DNA of 57,252 nucleotides, counting the filler, from Sphacelaria rigidula (taxonomy: Eukaryota): the NCBI GenBank assembly GCA_964200075.2. It is 6 parts of 6 records of this genome, joined end to end, with 100 filler letters (N's around TTAATTAATTAA, not from the genome) between each part and the next. Parts side by side here need not be neighbours in the genome. Positions count along the whole stretch, not along the records: positions 9,561 to 19,020 come from CAXNAA020008448.1; positions 19,121 to 28,579 come from CAXNAA020008449.1; 4 more parts are not named here. One strand, written 5' to 3'. The notes under the pieces were generated by a model. The model searched no databases and was not told the DNA's origin. It worked only from the letters and a program-made list of their open reading frames with translations. Shown in pieces: positions 12,501 to 25,936 of the stretch (position 1 is its first letter; every line of letters starts with the position of its first letter). The position numbers and the translations under genes were made by a program.

Positions 12501-12755
12501 AAAGATTTAGTTTAGCATTCGTATGCTCACGGTGAATGTCGGATGAATGCTTTGGTGCACGTCGCTGAGGATGACAATGGTGATGCCATTGTTTTGGTCG
12601 AATGGGATGGGTTTGGTGCTGAAGAAGGTACGTGGGAGTCTCCTCGTAAGATTCATTTTTCTGCGCCTCAACTTGATTTGAAGGAACTGCGTAAATTGCG
12701 GTTGACTCGGGCGCTGACAAGTGCATTAACGTCGGAGTATGGTATTTCTCTGTGA
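9561..12755 (+). mobile_element. Decayed Ty3/Gypsy LTR retrotransposon pol: RT - RNase H - integrase - chromodomain
   Basis: RT motifs WASPAMAVPK, FRVVSDY, PNRVPQGVINATAYFQ and a broken YVDD (V*VDG). RNase H motifs ASDFHW, WATADKEGFAI, IFTDHRNL and HIPGERN. Integrase motifs AHMRSAGHRG, PRVWVSDATTYFKN, YTPWSDGAWER and WTGPWRV. Chromodomain VLVEWDGFGAEEGTWE at 12543-12755. Many stops and frameshifts; gag and the 5' LTR are missing at the contig start. Confidence 0.93.
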
Positions 12756-12833
12756 TCTGGCGGATGCGATTTCGCCTTGGTTTCCGTTGGTTGTCAAGCA
12801 CGTTCGTTTGTCTTGAACTCGCTCTGAGGGTGC

Positions 12834-12990
12834 TGTAGCCAAATAATACCAAGCCGTAGGTTTCAGCATTACCGCATGCATGATTGGAGCAGTGGCAGGG
12901 GACAGGGGGTCCTGGATTGATGGCCCTTTTCTGTGTGGCCCCTTTGCTGTCTGGCTCGTGATGAGGTCTGTTGAGGATCACTCCGTGACA
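12834..12990 (+). repeat. Possible 3' LTR of the Gypsy element
   Basis: TGT...ACA-bounded segment about 80 bp after the pol stop, preceded by a weak purine tract (GAGGG). No second copy is available to confirm it. Confidence 0.3.
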
Positions 12991-14842
12991 ATAACAAGTT
13001 GGAATAAAGGGCTTGTCGAGCACGAGGCCAGTTCCACTGGAAGAGTCCATCGTTGAAAGTCCTCTTGTCCAGATCGTTTGGCATAGGCTGTAGAACATTC
13101 TTTCTGACCTTGCTTAAATCTGCTCAAAATTTCATGAGATTTTTCTGTCGCTGTACCGGAATTCAGGCCTGGTTCCCCTCCAGAGCAATTGATTGGTGCC
13201 CTCCTCAGGTATCACATACTGAATACTTGGTATTAATTACAATACTGACCTTTTGGAGCACGTCATACTTCCATTACTCTAGGAGGCCATGAATACTCGC
13301 TCCTCGAGGGTTGTTTTTGAAAATACCGTGGAAGTCAATATCATGTCGTACAAGCCGTAGAGAATTCCTTTCTGTTCCTCGAGAGGGATGCCGACCCGAC
13401 TCCCCTACGAACGAGTATGTACCCTCTGCAGGTTTCACATGTCATGCCCTATATAATAGAGCAATCGTGGCCCCTCTAAATATATATAATATACGAGGAT
13501 GGGCTATACTCTAGAGTATATATGATGAGATAACTGTTTCGGGGAGAGGCGATGAGCTGCCAGTGTAACCGCCACTTAGCACACTCCGGTAACAAACCGC
13601 TACAAACAACCAAGCAGCATCAAAGATCATGGAGTAGTACTAACATACCGCAAGTAGCGCTGTGTAGCGGCGCACTAGGTGTTCATGATGTATAGTGACT
13701 ACCCGTCACCAGAAATTCCGAAACGAACCATGTTCATGCTGTAGGCAGAGCCATGCTCCTCTTACTTTTCTTGTCACACTTTCAACCGGCCCTCCTTACT
13801 CGGGACGAGTCAGTGCTATCAACAGGTTAACCCGTCTCTTCCTCCCGGTACACGCCTTACACTCGTGTATCACAGATTGGATCATGACTGTCAGCACCCC
13901 CCTACCGCGTCGACTCTCGTTCGACAAACTCGCTCTGCTACTCACATCCTCATGCTTTCGGCGACGGGAATCAGATACTCCTCAGAGGGGATGACCCAAA
14001 CGTATGTGCCAGGCTTCGAATCCTCTGTCTCCCGCTCAAACTATATTCAGTTGTACCGGCTGAACCAACGGGGCGTTGCAGCAAGCATCCTAAATCCAGT
14101 CACCGTCATAGGTTTGGTTACCGACCACAAACATGGTATGAATCATATTGCTTTGATGGAGGTTCTATTCCAGGCCCACCATGCACCTCCGTTTTGTGAT
14201 TGTTGAGCTCCAGAATCTCCACGACACTACGAAGCGTCTTACTCACCGAAAAATAGGCGATCATTGAAAGAAAACGAAAACAAATGAATAAACACATAAC
14301 ACTGATCACAGATAACAAATCATTAATTGATTGCGAATTAACATTTTTTTCTATGATAATATTCATTTCATACGCATTTTCCACAGAATTTATGAAGGTT
14401 GAGGTTCGGGCTAGGCGCACCACCTTTCAAAGAATAAATATTTGCATGAAAAAACCGAAGCAAAGTCCAACACATCAACCATCAACAGCACAATCAATGA
14501 ATTGAATAGAGCTCTACGGCGCAGGGCTCGGCAGAAAGTGTTCTTGTTTTCAAGGGGCGCAACGGAGGCATAACGTACCCCATGTCGATATCGACAAACT
14601 AGATGTGCGCCGCTGTGGTCGAGAACGGTGCCCGAATGCTATGCTCTCGGACCGATAGCCTCAGGTGAGCAGTAAAGGCCTCGAACCGGCTGGTCCTAAT
14701 AGGAATGTGCGGCTCGTGTAGCCTATATCGTGAATGCGTGAGATGTAGTGCGTAGGTTTCAACCCGTCCTTGTCTATAGCACCAGAATTGCAGCAGTAAT
14801 CGTTACACCTTTGTTTTTTTCTCCATTCGTGACATGCTGCAG

Positions 14843-15371
14843 AATAGGGCACACCGTGCACACGGCTTGGGAGGACACCACATGACAGCGCCCTTGTGGA
14901 CGTGTGCGGGCATGGAGAAGCAGTATAAGCAGCAAATAACAGTCCTCGGATACCAGCGGCGACACCGGTTTTTGCCTGCAATGAGGACGCAATGCATGTC
15001 ACGGGAGCTGTTGGAAAGAATGGGGGAGTGGCAAACATCCATGTGCAGATGGTGGAAAGATATGTGAAAGAGGCGGAAGCAGCGTGCGTCCGTGTGCTTT
15101 TTTCTGAAATTCTGAAGCTAATTATATAATGCTATTTACCCCCCCCGCCGCCCTCCCCCTCCCCTCCCCCCGGCGCGATGTTCGAACTAAAATCGCCAGT
15201 TGAAAATTGAGTGTATCGCTGATAGTCGTCAGGCTGGAGATGGTCGGAATGACGAGCATCATCGCTACTCAGGTGGGACGACAACGCCTTCTATTCTACG
15301 GGGATAGTTCTTCTCTTGCATGTATTTTCACGTTTAGTAACCAAGCACTTCGACCCTACGCGGGACCGGAG
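14843..15371 (+). CDS. Two possible exons (14843-15063, 15233-15371) of an unidentified gene
   Basis: CAG acceptors, GTGAAA/GTAACC donors, open frames and compatible phase 2. No recognisable domain. Confidence 0.22.
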
Positions 15372-17994
15372 GTAACCTTGACGCCTTCTGTACATCCTAT
15401 TTACACCCCGCTCCTCGCTCTTCTTACTTTCTATATTGTTCCTTTTTGCCATGTTTTTTCCGCGCTTTACGTTTCCGCGACTTTGTTGCTGTTGGTCGCC
15501 CTGATCGAGGCGCGCGATCGGACTCCGGGATATGTTGCGTTTAACCAGCAATGCCATCACATGTGATATTGCTGCGTTCGCTGATCGCTACTCCCGTTTT
15601 TGGCCGTGCGTTTGGTCATCACAGAGCGCTTCGTTCGAGCTGGAGTGGGGCGTTGGGTGGCCGAACATTCTGCTGAGGCCCTGCGAATATCTTTGTCCGC
15701 GGATTCAGGGGGAGATGGAACGAATGACGACGGCGTGATGCCCGGCTATGGTATCTCATACAACTTCTGGCGAGAGTCGAGGGTTGGGGGACCCCGCCCA
15801 TACTCCTGTTGGAATAGTGGGATGTTCTTCGGACCCGATGAACCTCACGAGGAAAATTCACAACGAGGGGGTGCCGCAAGAAGTACGCCGAGCTCAGCAG
15901 TTATCGGCAACTGCCCGGGCCGAACCTGAACGTGCACGAGAAGCACCACTCCAAGCTATCAAAAACTTTTGCTAGCGTCACCGGTATGACTTTCGACGCG
16001 TTCACGCTCGCCACGATCTTGCTGCACGAGTTGGAGAACGCCTGCATCAACCGGCGCTCATCAGACCTGATGCTTGGACGCAGCAAGAATCACGCAACCT
16101 ATCGTCAGACAGCTTGCTGCAATGAACTGTGGACCTATGGGAAATGCTTTCGTAGTTCGCTCGTAATGAGATCTTTCAACGCATATGGCAAAATGCGCAG
16201 TGCACACCTCAGCATTCCCTAGGATAGCCTCGCGCCGGGGAGTGGGGGATGGGGGGGAAGAGGGGGGCGACGTGACGACGCACACCTTGGGATAATGTTT
16301 CACGTATTGCTCTATCGACCTCACCTCCTGTATGACCTTGCCCCACTTGGCTTGGGTATTTAGTCGGGTATTCTTTGGGGTGTCTCCGTCGCCATTTAGG
16401 CGACTGTTTTGTTTTGTGTCTCCGTTGCTCTGTTATTTATTTCTAATTATTTCCCTGGTTTTGAAATTGACTTTCATTTGCTTTTTTTTGCTTCTTCGTG
16501 CTCCTTTTCTGTGTTTGATGGCTTAAACTTTCCTTTCTCTGAGTCGTGTTTTTTATCCGGATCATTGCGGTCGTCTTGTGACCACAGCTGGGTTTGTAGC
16601 GGATGGATTATTGTGTGATGAATGTATCAAATCAATACATTGAAGGAAGGGACTTCATCAACTTCAGGCCGGTACCAAGCCCACCCCTGCCTCTCGATAA
16701 TGGGGAAGTACCTTCAGTAAATATTATTTTTCCTGTTTCTTGAACGGTACGCGCAATAGAGCAATGCCTTCACCGCCCACGGCCCACATACAGGTGAGCA
16801 GCGAAAATATGACGAGTTTTTCGCTGTCTGAAGCCCACAACCGACGACGTTTCGCTGCCTTTCGGATGAACCGTCCGGACGCGAGTCTGAACAAAACGGC
16901 TGATGTTGTGAAAAAAACACGTGCTCGTGTCACGACTGACTGTCGGCAGCGGTGCTATACTGTATTATACCGTACTGTACTAATCGGCCATGAGTTTGAT
17001 CGTGCGGGCAAGTGCTTCCTGGTTTTGCAACCGTCCGATTCAAACAAAACCTCCTGCTGTATGTGCGGTCCTGTTTTGTATGCCAGGGTACTGAATTACA
17101 CCGGGATCTTCCTTTGGGTCGGTAGAGATGAAAATACGTCGAGGAAGTCCTTTTCTTCGCGTTTCTTTGCCAGTACGCGCAATGGATCAATGACTTCGCC
17201 ATCCACAACCGGCCTGTGCGTCAGCACCGCAAAACTGAGGCGATTTCGCTGCCCTCGGGTTTATCGTTCGGACGCGGGTCTGCACAACAGGGCTGATGTG
17301 AAGGTGATAGGTGCTTGTGTACGGCTGTTGTAGCGGTACTGTACTGTACATTACTAGTCAATCGACCGTGCGGGCATATGCTTCAGATTGCGTCAGTGCA
17401 CTGCCGTCTAGGGTGCGACTGCCAAGACACGGGTGCCGCGTCCAAAGAAATGTACATTTGCATCTCGTTGCACATTCCTAATTCCCCGACCGTTACCAGG
17501 GTGGTATCTCACGTCTCAAATCAAGTACGGCCTGAGTAGTGTTTTCAAACTGCGGTGGCTTTATGGTCACGGTAAAAACCTGGTGTGTATGCATGACATT
17601 TTGTGCGTGTGCAAGACATACCAAGCAGAACAACATGGGCGGAGCCGCACTGGCGAATGCAGGGAGCCTGCGACGGTGCGGTTTACTGTACTATCAAAGT
17701 AGTCGCTATAGTTTATCTTTGTTTGGGTTCCGAACCAACTCGTCAGTGGACTCTCCATAGTGGTACGGTCGTACTTGCGCAATGATCGGCCTGTTGCCAA
17801 CAGCATCGATCACAAGATCCGAATAGATGGTCAACCATAAGTTTCTAATCATATGGTTGAACAGTTGTGCCGACGTCTGTTGCCGGCACCTCAGTATTCG
17901 TGTCAACCATTTTTCCGACCATCTGGCAAACAGCCCTCGACCACGTTGATTGATTTAATTGATTACAGCATCGAATCCATTGCTTGTGTCAATT

Positions 17995-18058
17995 GGTTGT
18001 TGTTGTGGTTATTGCTGTTGTTGTTGTTGTTGTTGTGTCTGTTGTCGTTGTTGTTTTT
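17995..18058. repeat. (GTT)n microsatellite, imperfect
   Basis: Directly visible. Confidence 0.85.
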
Positions 18059-19020
18059 GTCTTCACATTAAAAACCGTTCCGATATCTGCGCGGTACATG
18101 CGTACTGGGCATCTGATGCGGACGCCTTCGGTGGTCGCAAACTAGCCAAAAAATAAAAAGAGACACACACACACAAATGAAAACTCACAAAACGCGATTG
18201 AAGTAAAACAGGGATGAATAATGAAGAAGAAAGAGAATACATATGGCTAGCCTCAGAAGATCCGGTGCCGCAGGTGGCCATTCGGACTTCAGGGGGTGGC
18301 ACTCGGCTTTCGAAGTCGACGGGCGACGCCAAGTAGAAATGAACACATGGTCCAACTACGGGCGGGACTAAAGACCTCGAACACCACCAACCAAAGAACT
18401 AAGAATCGCAAGGTTCCATCTTTGGGCTTCTCGAGGGACAGCCATACATACAAGCATACCAGTTGTATCAAGACAAGCACTGCATGACATAACTAAGTCG
18501 AAGAGGGGCACTTTCGTACCTCGTGGCTGGGGTGCCACGATATAAACTCTGCGGTGCAGCTGGTCACGGCCAGCAAAGCAGGTCCGTATACAAAAACAAA
18601 CTGGAAGAAAAGAACACACAATTGTTTTCATTATATATCATCACAGCGCTGAAGGCTTAACACCAGAAAACCAATACACAAACATGCTCGACACCAAATA
18701 TGCTCAATCACTATGGAAATCAATACACAAAGCTCAACACAACAAACTCACTAACTGCTGAAACCCGTAAGACGACGGTGGAAGCAGAAGTACAAAAGTG
18801 GAGCAAGAAGCTGAAGTCGAGGGGAGCAAGGTGGAGAAAGGTGGAGAAAGGTGGAGTGGGGCAAGTGGGTTGCGTATCAACCTCATCAAGCCCACAAAAC
18901 ATATATCCATGACCGAAAATGCAACTAGCCAACGTACCTCAAACACATGATAGACCACACTCCAGTTGATTCACAGCGCCACATTTCAGCCTGATCCACA
19001 GTCCACATCTCGGGCTAGTA

Positions 19021-19120
19021 NNNNNNNNNNNNNNNNNNNNNNNNNNNNNNNNNNNNNNNNNNNNTTAATTAATTAANNNNNNNNNNNNNNNNNNNNNNNN
19101 NNNNNNNNNNNNNNNNNNNN
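19021..19120. other. Artificial assembly spacer
   Basis: 44 N + TTAATTAATTAA + 44 N. Confidence 0.97.
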
Positions 19121-19380
19121 AAAAAAAAAAAATAAAAGAAAAAAAGGCGAAAAAAAAAATAAAAAAAGCAAGAAAAAAAGCGCAGGAAAAAAAAAAAAAA
19201 ACGCAAAAAACGAGCTAAAAAAGAACAGATGGAGTTGTAGTCTACCCCCCTCCCTCCTCTTTTGATAAGGTGTGTTTATGGAAGGGTACAAAGACGCGAA
19301 TCGTTTACTAAGTGCCGCACTCGCTGCGCACGCTACACCTTGCTCACGACGCGCTTCCTCATCCCCTCCCTCCCCGTCAG

Positions 19381-19613
19381 GTGGAGGAGTTAGGCTACGA
19401 TGGCATTCCTCGTGCACCTCGCCTACAGCCCAACGCTCACCCCAGCGCAGCAGCCATGGGGGCGTTCTCGATCGCAGCCGTGACGGGAGCAGCGGCCACC
19501 GTAGAGTGGGGCGGGGCGACTTTGCTCTTCCCGGCCAACGAAGATCTACCAGCAGCTGCTGGAGAAAGGGACTGTTCAATGTGCATTTACGACCTGTACG
19601 CGGTCCCTAAAAC
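19381..19613 (+). CDS. Exon of putative single-pass membrane protein with FN3-like extracellular region
   Basis: Strong pyrimidine tract and CAG, GTGAGA donor (phase 2). Encodes VEELGYDGIPRAP...AATVEWGGATLLF...CSMCIYDLYAVPK. Confidence 0.7.
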
Positions 19614-21707
19614 GTGAGAGAAAGGGAGAGAGGCGCTCGTTTGACTGCGTGCCTGCCATTTGGACGGGGAGGGGGGGGGATTTGTCTGGAGTGTTTCATG
19701 TTGTACCCAGTATTTTGGTCATGATCTAATCAATACCGACATGGAGAACTGCCTCGCGCATTCGGACTTGGAGACCGCAGCCAAGGCTCAACACCATGAA
19801 CAGTGGACGTTTAACACGGAGTACACACGTGTGGCATGCTGCTTGATAAGGTACTAGGGTGCACGCATTGTATATGGCATCCATATCAAGCCCAGTGACC
19901 CTAACCTGAATTCCGAACTTCCGTTCATGCACCAATAACGACATCCTGGAGAATCGACATTAGTCAATTCTGGATGATGGCTCGATACTACAGTAACAAA
20001 ATATACGTCTAACACGGGTGTACCGGGTAGAGGTAGGTTGATACCTCGAGACTACGGACTCGTCCCAAGCAAGTGGAGAGTTTCAACGTGGGACACAAAA
20101 AGGGGGGACGGGCGGGAGGGGCTCGCTCAGCCCTCCCAGCACGGCATCTTGAAAGCATGTTGGAAGTCCAGGGCTTCGCTCATACTGAGTACTCCAGGTC
20201 ACCAAGAGTATATTGTTCTTTATTGTCTGGGCGCGCAGGGTCAATCTCGACCTGACAGTTCATGTCCGTTTGAGTGGCGTCTAGATTCCTTGAGAAATGA
20301 GCGGGTTTTTTTTTTCTCATGGTGCGAATTGCACCCGTGATGGTTCAGTATACTGATTCTCAACCAGTCATGAATATAGATTGCCCTGTGTCCAGGGCGC
20401 TTCCAATTTAAATTTATTTCGGTGTTTGGAATGTTGCTGTCTCGGATTTCGGCGGTGAACCCGGAGTGGTCTCGGCTGGGCCCTCTACTCTACAATGAAA
20501 CGTCTGCCCGTAACTTCTGATATATTTCCACGGGGTATTTATCTCCTTACGGTAGGTAGTGGAGGGACTGGTGGACTCGTTTCAGTACCAAAACGCCCAG
20601 GTATCATCATGTGAATGCTTTGTTTCGTGTCTCGTTCGAATCACGTGTTGCATGAAAAACTGCTTGTACTGCAGTATGGTTGCGTCGTTGCATTTCTTGC
20701 CAAAAAGTACGGTCCCCGCGCCTCGTACACGGTACAGCTCATGATAACTAGAGCATGTCGGTGGCGTTCATTTCATGCATATCCGTTGCTTAACTGATAC
20801 GGTATACTAGTTCGTACAGCACGGAGCATGCGGCAGTACCAGATCGAAAAACTAGTACACCACACCTCCAAGTGCAACAACGATGGACTCGCTGGCATTT
20901 CTTCTGCGTGCTTTCGAATAAAGCGTCATGAAATATGAGGAGCAATACCGTGACGGGCTGCCACAGGAGAGTATAACGCTGTATTGCACAAGCGCGCTGG
21001 CACGGTGTCGCCAGCACGAAAACGCTAGCCCCAGTTAGTCGAATTTTTACCCGCAGCAAAAACCAACTTCACTCCGTGAAATTGGAATGAATAGTACATT
21101 CAACTACTGTAGCTCGAGGTGATCTGTATCTGTGCTTGATCAACTGCTAGATTTTATAGTGTTAAGCGGAGAGCAATGTCAGCTATCTGGGTAGTCCTCC
21201 GTACACAACTCACGGTATTCCGGGGTCCAGCGAGGGGGTTGAAATTGGATCGATGGTCGTGGTTGTGAGGTGTGTCATTTCGCCAACAGACCCCTCTTGA
21301 GGATGGACTACGGATAATTTTGGCGAGTGCCGTTTTAGTAGGGGAGGGTCTGCAAGACGTGCTGTTGCAGAAGCAGGTGTAGTCAATGCATAATGGGTTT
21401 GCCAACGTTGAACCGATGGCTGAGCGAGAAATACTCTCAAAGCCATGGAAGACATGCTGTGCAAACAAACCGACAAGCTAGGGGTCACCCTGGTGTTCAA
21501 ACGAGTTGCATTCTGTCAGAGTGGAACACATCGACGACCTGAAGGAGCTAGCACCGAAAAAAAGGGCCGGAGACAACCGCTCTTGCTCGTCAAGGATTGA
21601 ACTGTCTGTAACAATTTCCACATTATCTTTCCCATTTTTCTTGTACCCCCCTCCTCCCGCTTCGTTTTGGACCGTCGGAAATCGGATGCATGATGATGAA
21701 CGCGCAG

Positions 21708-21846
21708 GTTGACGTCTTGGAAGACGTCCCCCTACACTAGGTGCGGGCTGGAAAACCTCCTGGTGATATCTTCGAAGGCTCAATCCCCCGAAGTGGTACA
21801 CGAGCCATTAGGGAGACTGGAACGCTGGGGCGATTCATTGTATCGG
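21708..21846 (+). CDS. Exon of the same membrane protein gene
   Basis: CAG acceptor with phase-2 start (AC|G=T) and GTGAGA donor in phase 0. Encodes LTSWKTSPYTRCGLENLL...WGDSLYR and is compatible with both neighbouring exons. Confidence 0.7.
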
Positions 21847-24083
21847 GTGAGACTTTTATGCTCTGTGCGGGGCACCTGCACGGCGATGACAGACTACTGT
21901 ATTAGAGGTGGTGATCCTGGACACGCTACCCTTGCGGCAAGCGCGTAAAAACGTATCGAAATGGCATCCCCATACCGAGAACAGACTGTATGATCTGGTT
22001 CTATTTTCGTCCTGCTAGCCCCTGTCTAGCCCCTGTCGTATCGATACCAATAAGAGAAGTGACAAACGAAGCAAGCGTCCAAAAGCAGCATGTTGATTGG
22101 TCGCCGGGCGGGTCTACGGTTGCGGCGACCAATCAACATGCTTGCTGCATTTGGACGCTTGTTTCGTTCTACGCTTCATTTTTCCGTCTCGATAAAACAC
22201 AGCCTTGATTTCGCCACTGACGACCCGGGATCCCGGCAGCTGGAAGCGCGAACGGCTGTTTCCTGTCTTGTGCAATTGTGCGGTGAGCGCGGCATTCCCG
22301 CGGGCTCTTCAACGCTGGAATTCACGTGACATACCGTTTCGAACTCCATTTACGCCGACCCAGTCAATTACGCGGCGCACTCAGTTTCTTCACCGTAGCT
22401 CGGGCGACGAGAAGAGTCTCCTGTCTAGGAAAATCGAAACCCTAGCCTCAGCGTTGGATGAGTGTCGAAGTGTAATCTACCGACTGAATATATATATATA
22501 TATAGTGCGCCCCCTGAAAACAATTTCCCCCCTAAATGTACGCGTTTACGGAGTCTTCAGCATGGCATCGGGAACCTTGACTTCAGTATGTAGTGCGGAT
22601 CTAAAGTGCGGGGGAATACACTGGTGAAGGGTTCGCCTAAGTGCGGGGGGGAGGGGGGTGAACAGTAAGTGGTACCTGTAACGTTTTCACAAACGTTCTG
22701 TTGTAGTTCCGCAAATTTTGGAAGTCCCGCTGTTTCAAATCGGATTTTTTGTCCATCTCTGTGGCCCTTGGAGCGGCCGTTCGTACGCGATTCGTGTATG
22801 TTATGCGATTCGCGCGGTTGTGTGTGTTTTCGGAGTCGCGCCTTCACGCATCTCTATTTGCGCGCTTTTATTTCTATCTGTAGTACAACGTGCGTTTCGT
22901 GTTGGTCGCAAGATTCGGTCGATTGTTCCCTGTTTCATTTAGAAGCGCTTATTTAGCAGCGCTTCAATAGATCAATTGCTATAATTTCGTGCGTGTGTGC
23001 GCTTTGACGTCAGCTTGCATAAGTCCTTCATTGTGGTGCCACGCTGTCCTGTAATTGAAGTGTGTCTTCTGCGTATTTATCTGTTCGCTTTTGCTGGTTT
23101 TTTTAAGACCTCTACGGTACAGTACAGTACAATTTCATTACAATGCGACCGGACACACTTGTGCAGGAAATCCTCGTGCAGGATACCCCAGAAACTTGGA
23201 GCTGATGAAGTCCATTGGTTTTGTCGTATTATCTGATGTGACGTGCATCATGTTGCTCCGAATTGAAGCGTATTTCATGCATTTAACGTGTTTGTATGTG
23301 CTGCTGTTTGAATGTTCCTACGGTACCGTACAGTAAAGCATAACTCCATTCCAGTGCGACGCAATGCCCTGGCGCCGTACGACCGTACTTACTGGCGCAG
23401 GAAATCCTTGCGCGGGATACCCCAGAATCTTTGAGCCGATAAAGCTCATTTTGTTTCGTCCTTTTATCTGATGTGCTCACGTTGTTTTAATGACCCTCGT
23501 TAAACTATACCGCCGGTACTTGTTGTGTGTCTGCATGTGTCATGTTTGTTAGTTTTGTTGAGGTGCGTTGCTGTAACCCCAGTTGAGGTGGTCGAAGGAG
23601 GGCGCTCGCTTTTCCACGCTTCGTTTCGGGGTCAGTGGTAGCTCACAGATATCCCTCCGCCAACTCGTTTGTGTTGCACGTGTTGATCCCACAGCAGCAG
23701 GGTGCCTCGAGTATCGTTTGCGAGTACGGTGTGAGTTTCGTTTGGTATATGTACAGGGGGTCGTCGATTCCACCTTCACCATGCGACGCTTTTTTTTGCT
23801 CTGTAGGCCAATCTACTCTTTGTCGCTTTGTTGAGGCCTTGAAACGCGAGCTATCCTCTATGTCGACACCTTCGACAACCCTGCACGAGGCGGCAAGGGG
23901 GGCAGCCCCCTGAGGCGGTTGTCCGTTGTAATGCGTATGATCACAAAAAATATCTGTTTTTTTTTTTTTTTAACCTCCCGGAGCGTGCAGTCGACTGCAT
24001 GCGAGTCGCACACATAGCCACGCACTCATAGCTCCGCTCATGGCGTGCATCCATTTTGTTTTGTTGTTATTTCTTTCGCGCAG

Positions 24084-24221
24084 GCTGTACTAGGCGGTTT
24101 GCAGGAAGGCACAGAATACGAAGTGATTGTCGTGGCGGAGTGTGATATTCAGTGTTTGATGAAACATCTGCCTATGATGTGCGACCGCAGAGGCCACCCT
24201 CAGGGGCCTTGCTCGAGCCAG
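24084..24221 (+). CDS. Exon with FN3-like motif (L.GL..GTEYEV.VVA)
   Basis: T-rich tract and CAG, CAG|GTAAGA donor, 46 codons AVLGGLQEGTEYEVIVVAECD...PCSSQ. Confidence 0.8.
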
Positions 24222-25590
24222 GTAAGACGAAAGAAATGAATGCATCGTCTTGGATTATGTATTTTTTGTCTCACTTGTTCGTTGTGGTGCTTTTGTAGGG
24301 GCCCGCGCCGCTGCCGCGCGTTGACGGGGTCTATATAAAAATGGTACGATTGAAATCAGCGAGGCCGGAAGATCACGGGTTCGGATCCCGGCAAATGTGA
24401 GTTACGGGATTTTCGGTGAGAAGGATCTGCTTACCGTGGTTGAAAACGCGAGGGCGTGTGTAGCAAAGAGAATCTGCGGAACGAGCGGAGGGCGAAGGTG
24501 CTGATCCAATTCGCGATTCCCAAATGTTAGGCGTGTACCGCGGGAGAGAGGGGTTGGTCTCTCGAGGCCAGAGACTCGCCCCGAAGAAGGGGAGGGGGTT
24601 GCAATTATTGAACGGATTAACGAAGTTTGAAGTATTGTGCCTTGACAAGAGGTATAGTTCACATTTTTTTTTAACGCGGATGCACGTCAATAATCTTTAT
24701 TTCCTCTAGATTTCACGGTGCTGTATACGAACGGCTCTCGGCGACGCCGCGTGTGATTTACGTTGCTTCGAGCCTTATGGTATTGCGATCCGCGGATATT
24801 ACCGGAGGAGAAATGAGAAAAGTTCCTCTCGTGTCGATCGAGAAAACTGTGTCTTGTAACTTGGTGCCGATTCCATTTTGACTGCTGTACGCCCGGGAAT
24901 GAACTTGCTCGCTGTAATTGTCGAGTCAAGAATAAAGAACATGTGGCGTGCCATCCGGTCGAAGAGTTGTCGAAGTTTATCGAGGTGTCGAGTAAGGTTC
25001 AAAAGATGGTTCAAGGTGTGGCAGATGTAGTACTGTGGTCATTTTCCAGCTGTTCGAGCGTTTTTACCCTCAAGTGTCTACCTAGCGAAATTGGAACCCC
25101 TGCAGGTACCATGTGTCCACACGCCGCCGAAAGATTCCTCGCATTAATGCTCGTCAACGATGGACTGAGTAGTATGCATACATATATATATATATATATT
25201 GTGTATGGGGGGTTGTCACGCTTTTGAATTTCTCCCTTCCCCGTGACGAAGTCGTGGTCTCAAGGGGTCAACCTATTTCTCACTCCGTACACTCCTTGCA
25301 TTTTGGTATTTGCCGATTTTGGGGTCAGCACTCCGGCACCATACCCACTTTCGCTCAACAGAGTCGTTTTGCTATTCACGCCCTGAGCGCTTTCAACGAC
25401 GAACTTAGATACTTGTAGGAAATAAACGAAAAACTTGTCGCATCTGGCGGGAGTGGAACACCCGCCTTTCGGCTTTTTTTTTTTCTTTGTCCTTGAAGGA
25501 TTCGGACCTAAAGGCTTCAGTTCCACCGTTAGATCACTAGGGTACTGGGTATTTTGCATGAAAAATCTTGCTTCCTCGGAGTGCTTCATA

Positions 25591-25720
25591 CCCTGGACAA
25601 AAGAAGAGACGGTCCAAAAATGTACTGCGTACGGTATGGGATCTATTGTCTATTGCAATAGACAATAGATCCCATACTCTACGCAGTACATATTTTTACC
25701 GTGTCTTCTTTTGTCCAGGG
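25591..25720. repeat. 130-nt inverted repeat with a perfect 44-nt palindromic core
   Basis: GTATGGGATCTATTGTCTATTG|CAATAGACAATAGATCCCATAC, with arms extending to CCCTGGACAAAAGAAGA / TCTTCTTTTGTCCAGGG. Confidence 0.9.
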
Positions 25721-25936
25721 AACGGAGTGCTTCCCTCGAGCGATATAGTCTCCTGTCGTCACATTTTTTCTTCGCGGGAGAAAAACGTGGCAATACCAGA
25801 ACGTTGACCGAATATTATCGTCAACAGTCCCGTAACTCCCGTCTTTCAACCCCCCCCCCCTCCCCCCCCCCATCCCGCCCCGCCAAAAATGTAAAACGTG
25901 CCGATGCCTCTCATGCGACCATACACACGTGCACAG

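Noticed and set aside
11700..13098. Minus-strand ORFs of 261 and 203 aa
   Set aside because: They are antisense shadows of the Gypsy integrase and chromodomain.
14158..14206. HAPPFCD as the missing PCIF1 NPPF exon
   Set aside because: It is on a different scaffold, lacks NPPF and has no suitable splice sites.
15748..16225. Possible decayed gag-like frame
   Set aside because: It has several stops and no diagnostic motif that I can recognise.
14843..19613. Joining candidate exons at 14843, 15233 and 16760-16793 to the FN3-like gene at 19381
   Set aside because: The last phase fits, but the join crosses an artificial spacer between unrelated scaffolds.
24940..25070. RT-like fragment HLDKLRQLFDRM on the minus strand
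   Set aside because: Too short, and lacks YxDD.
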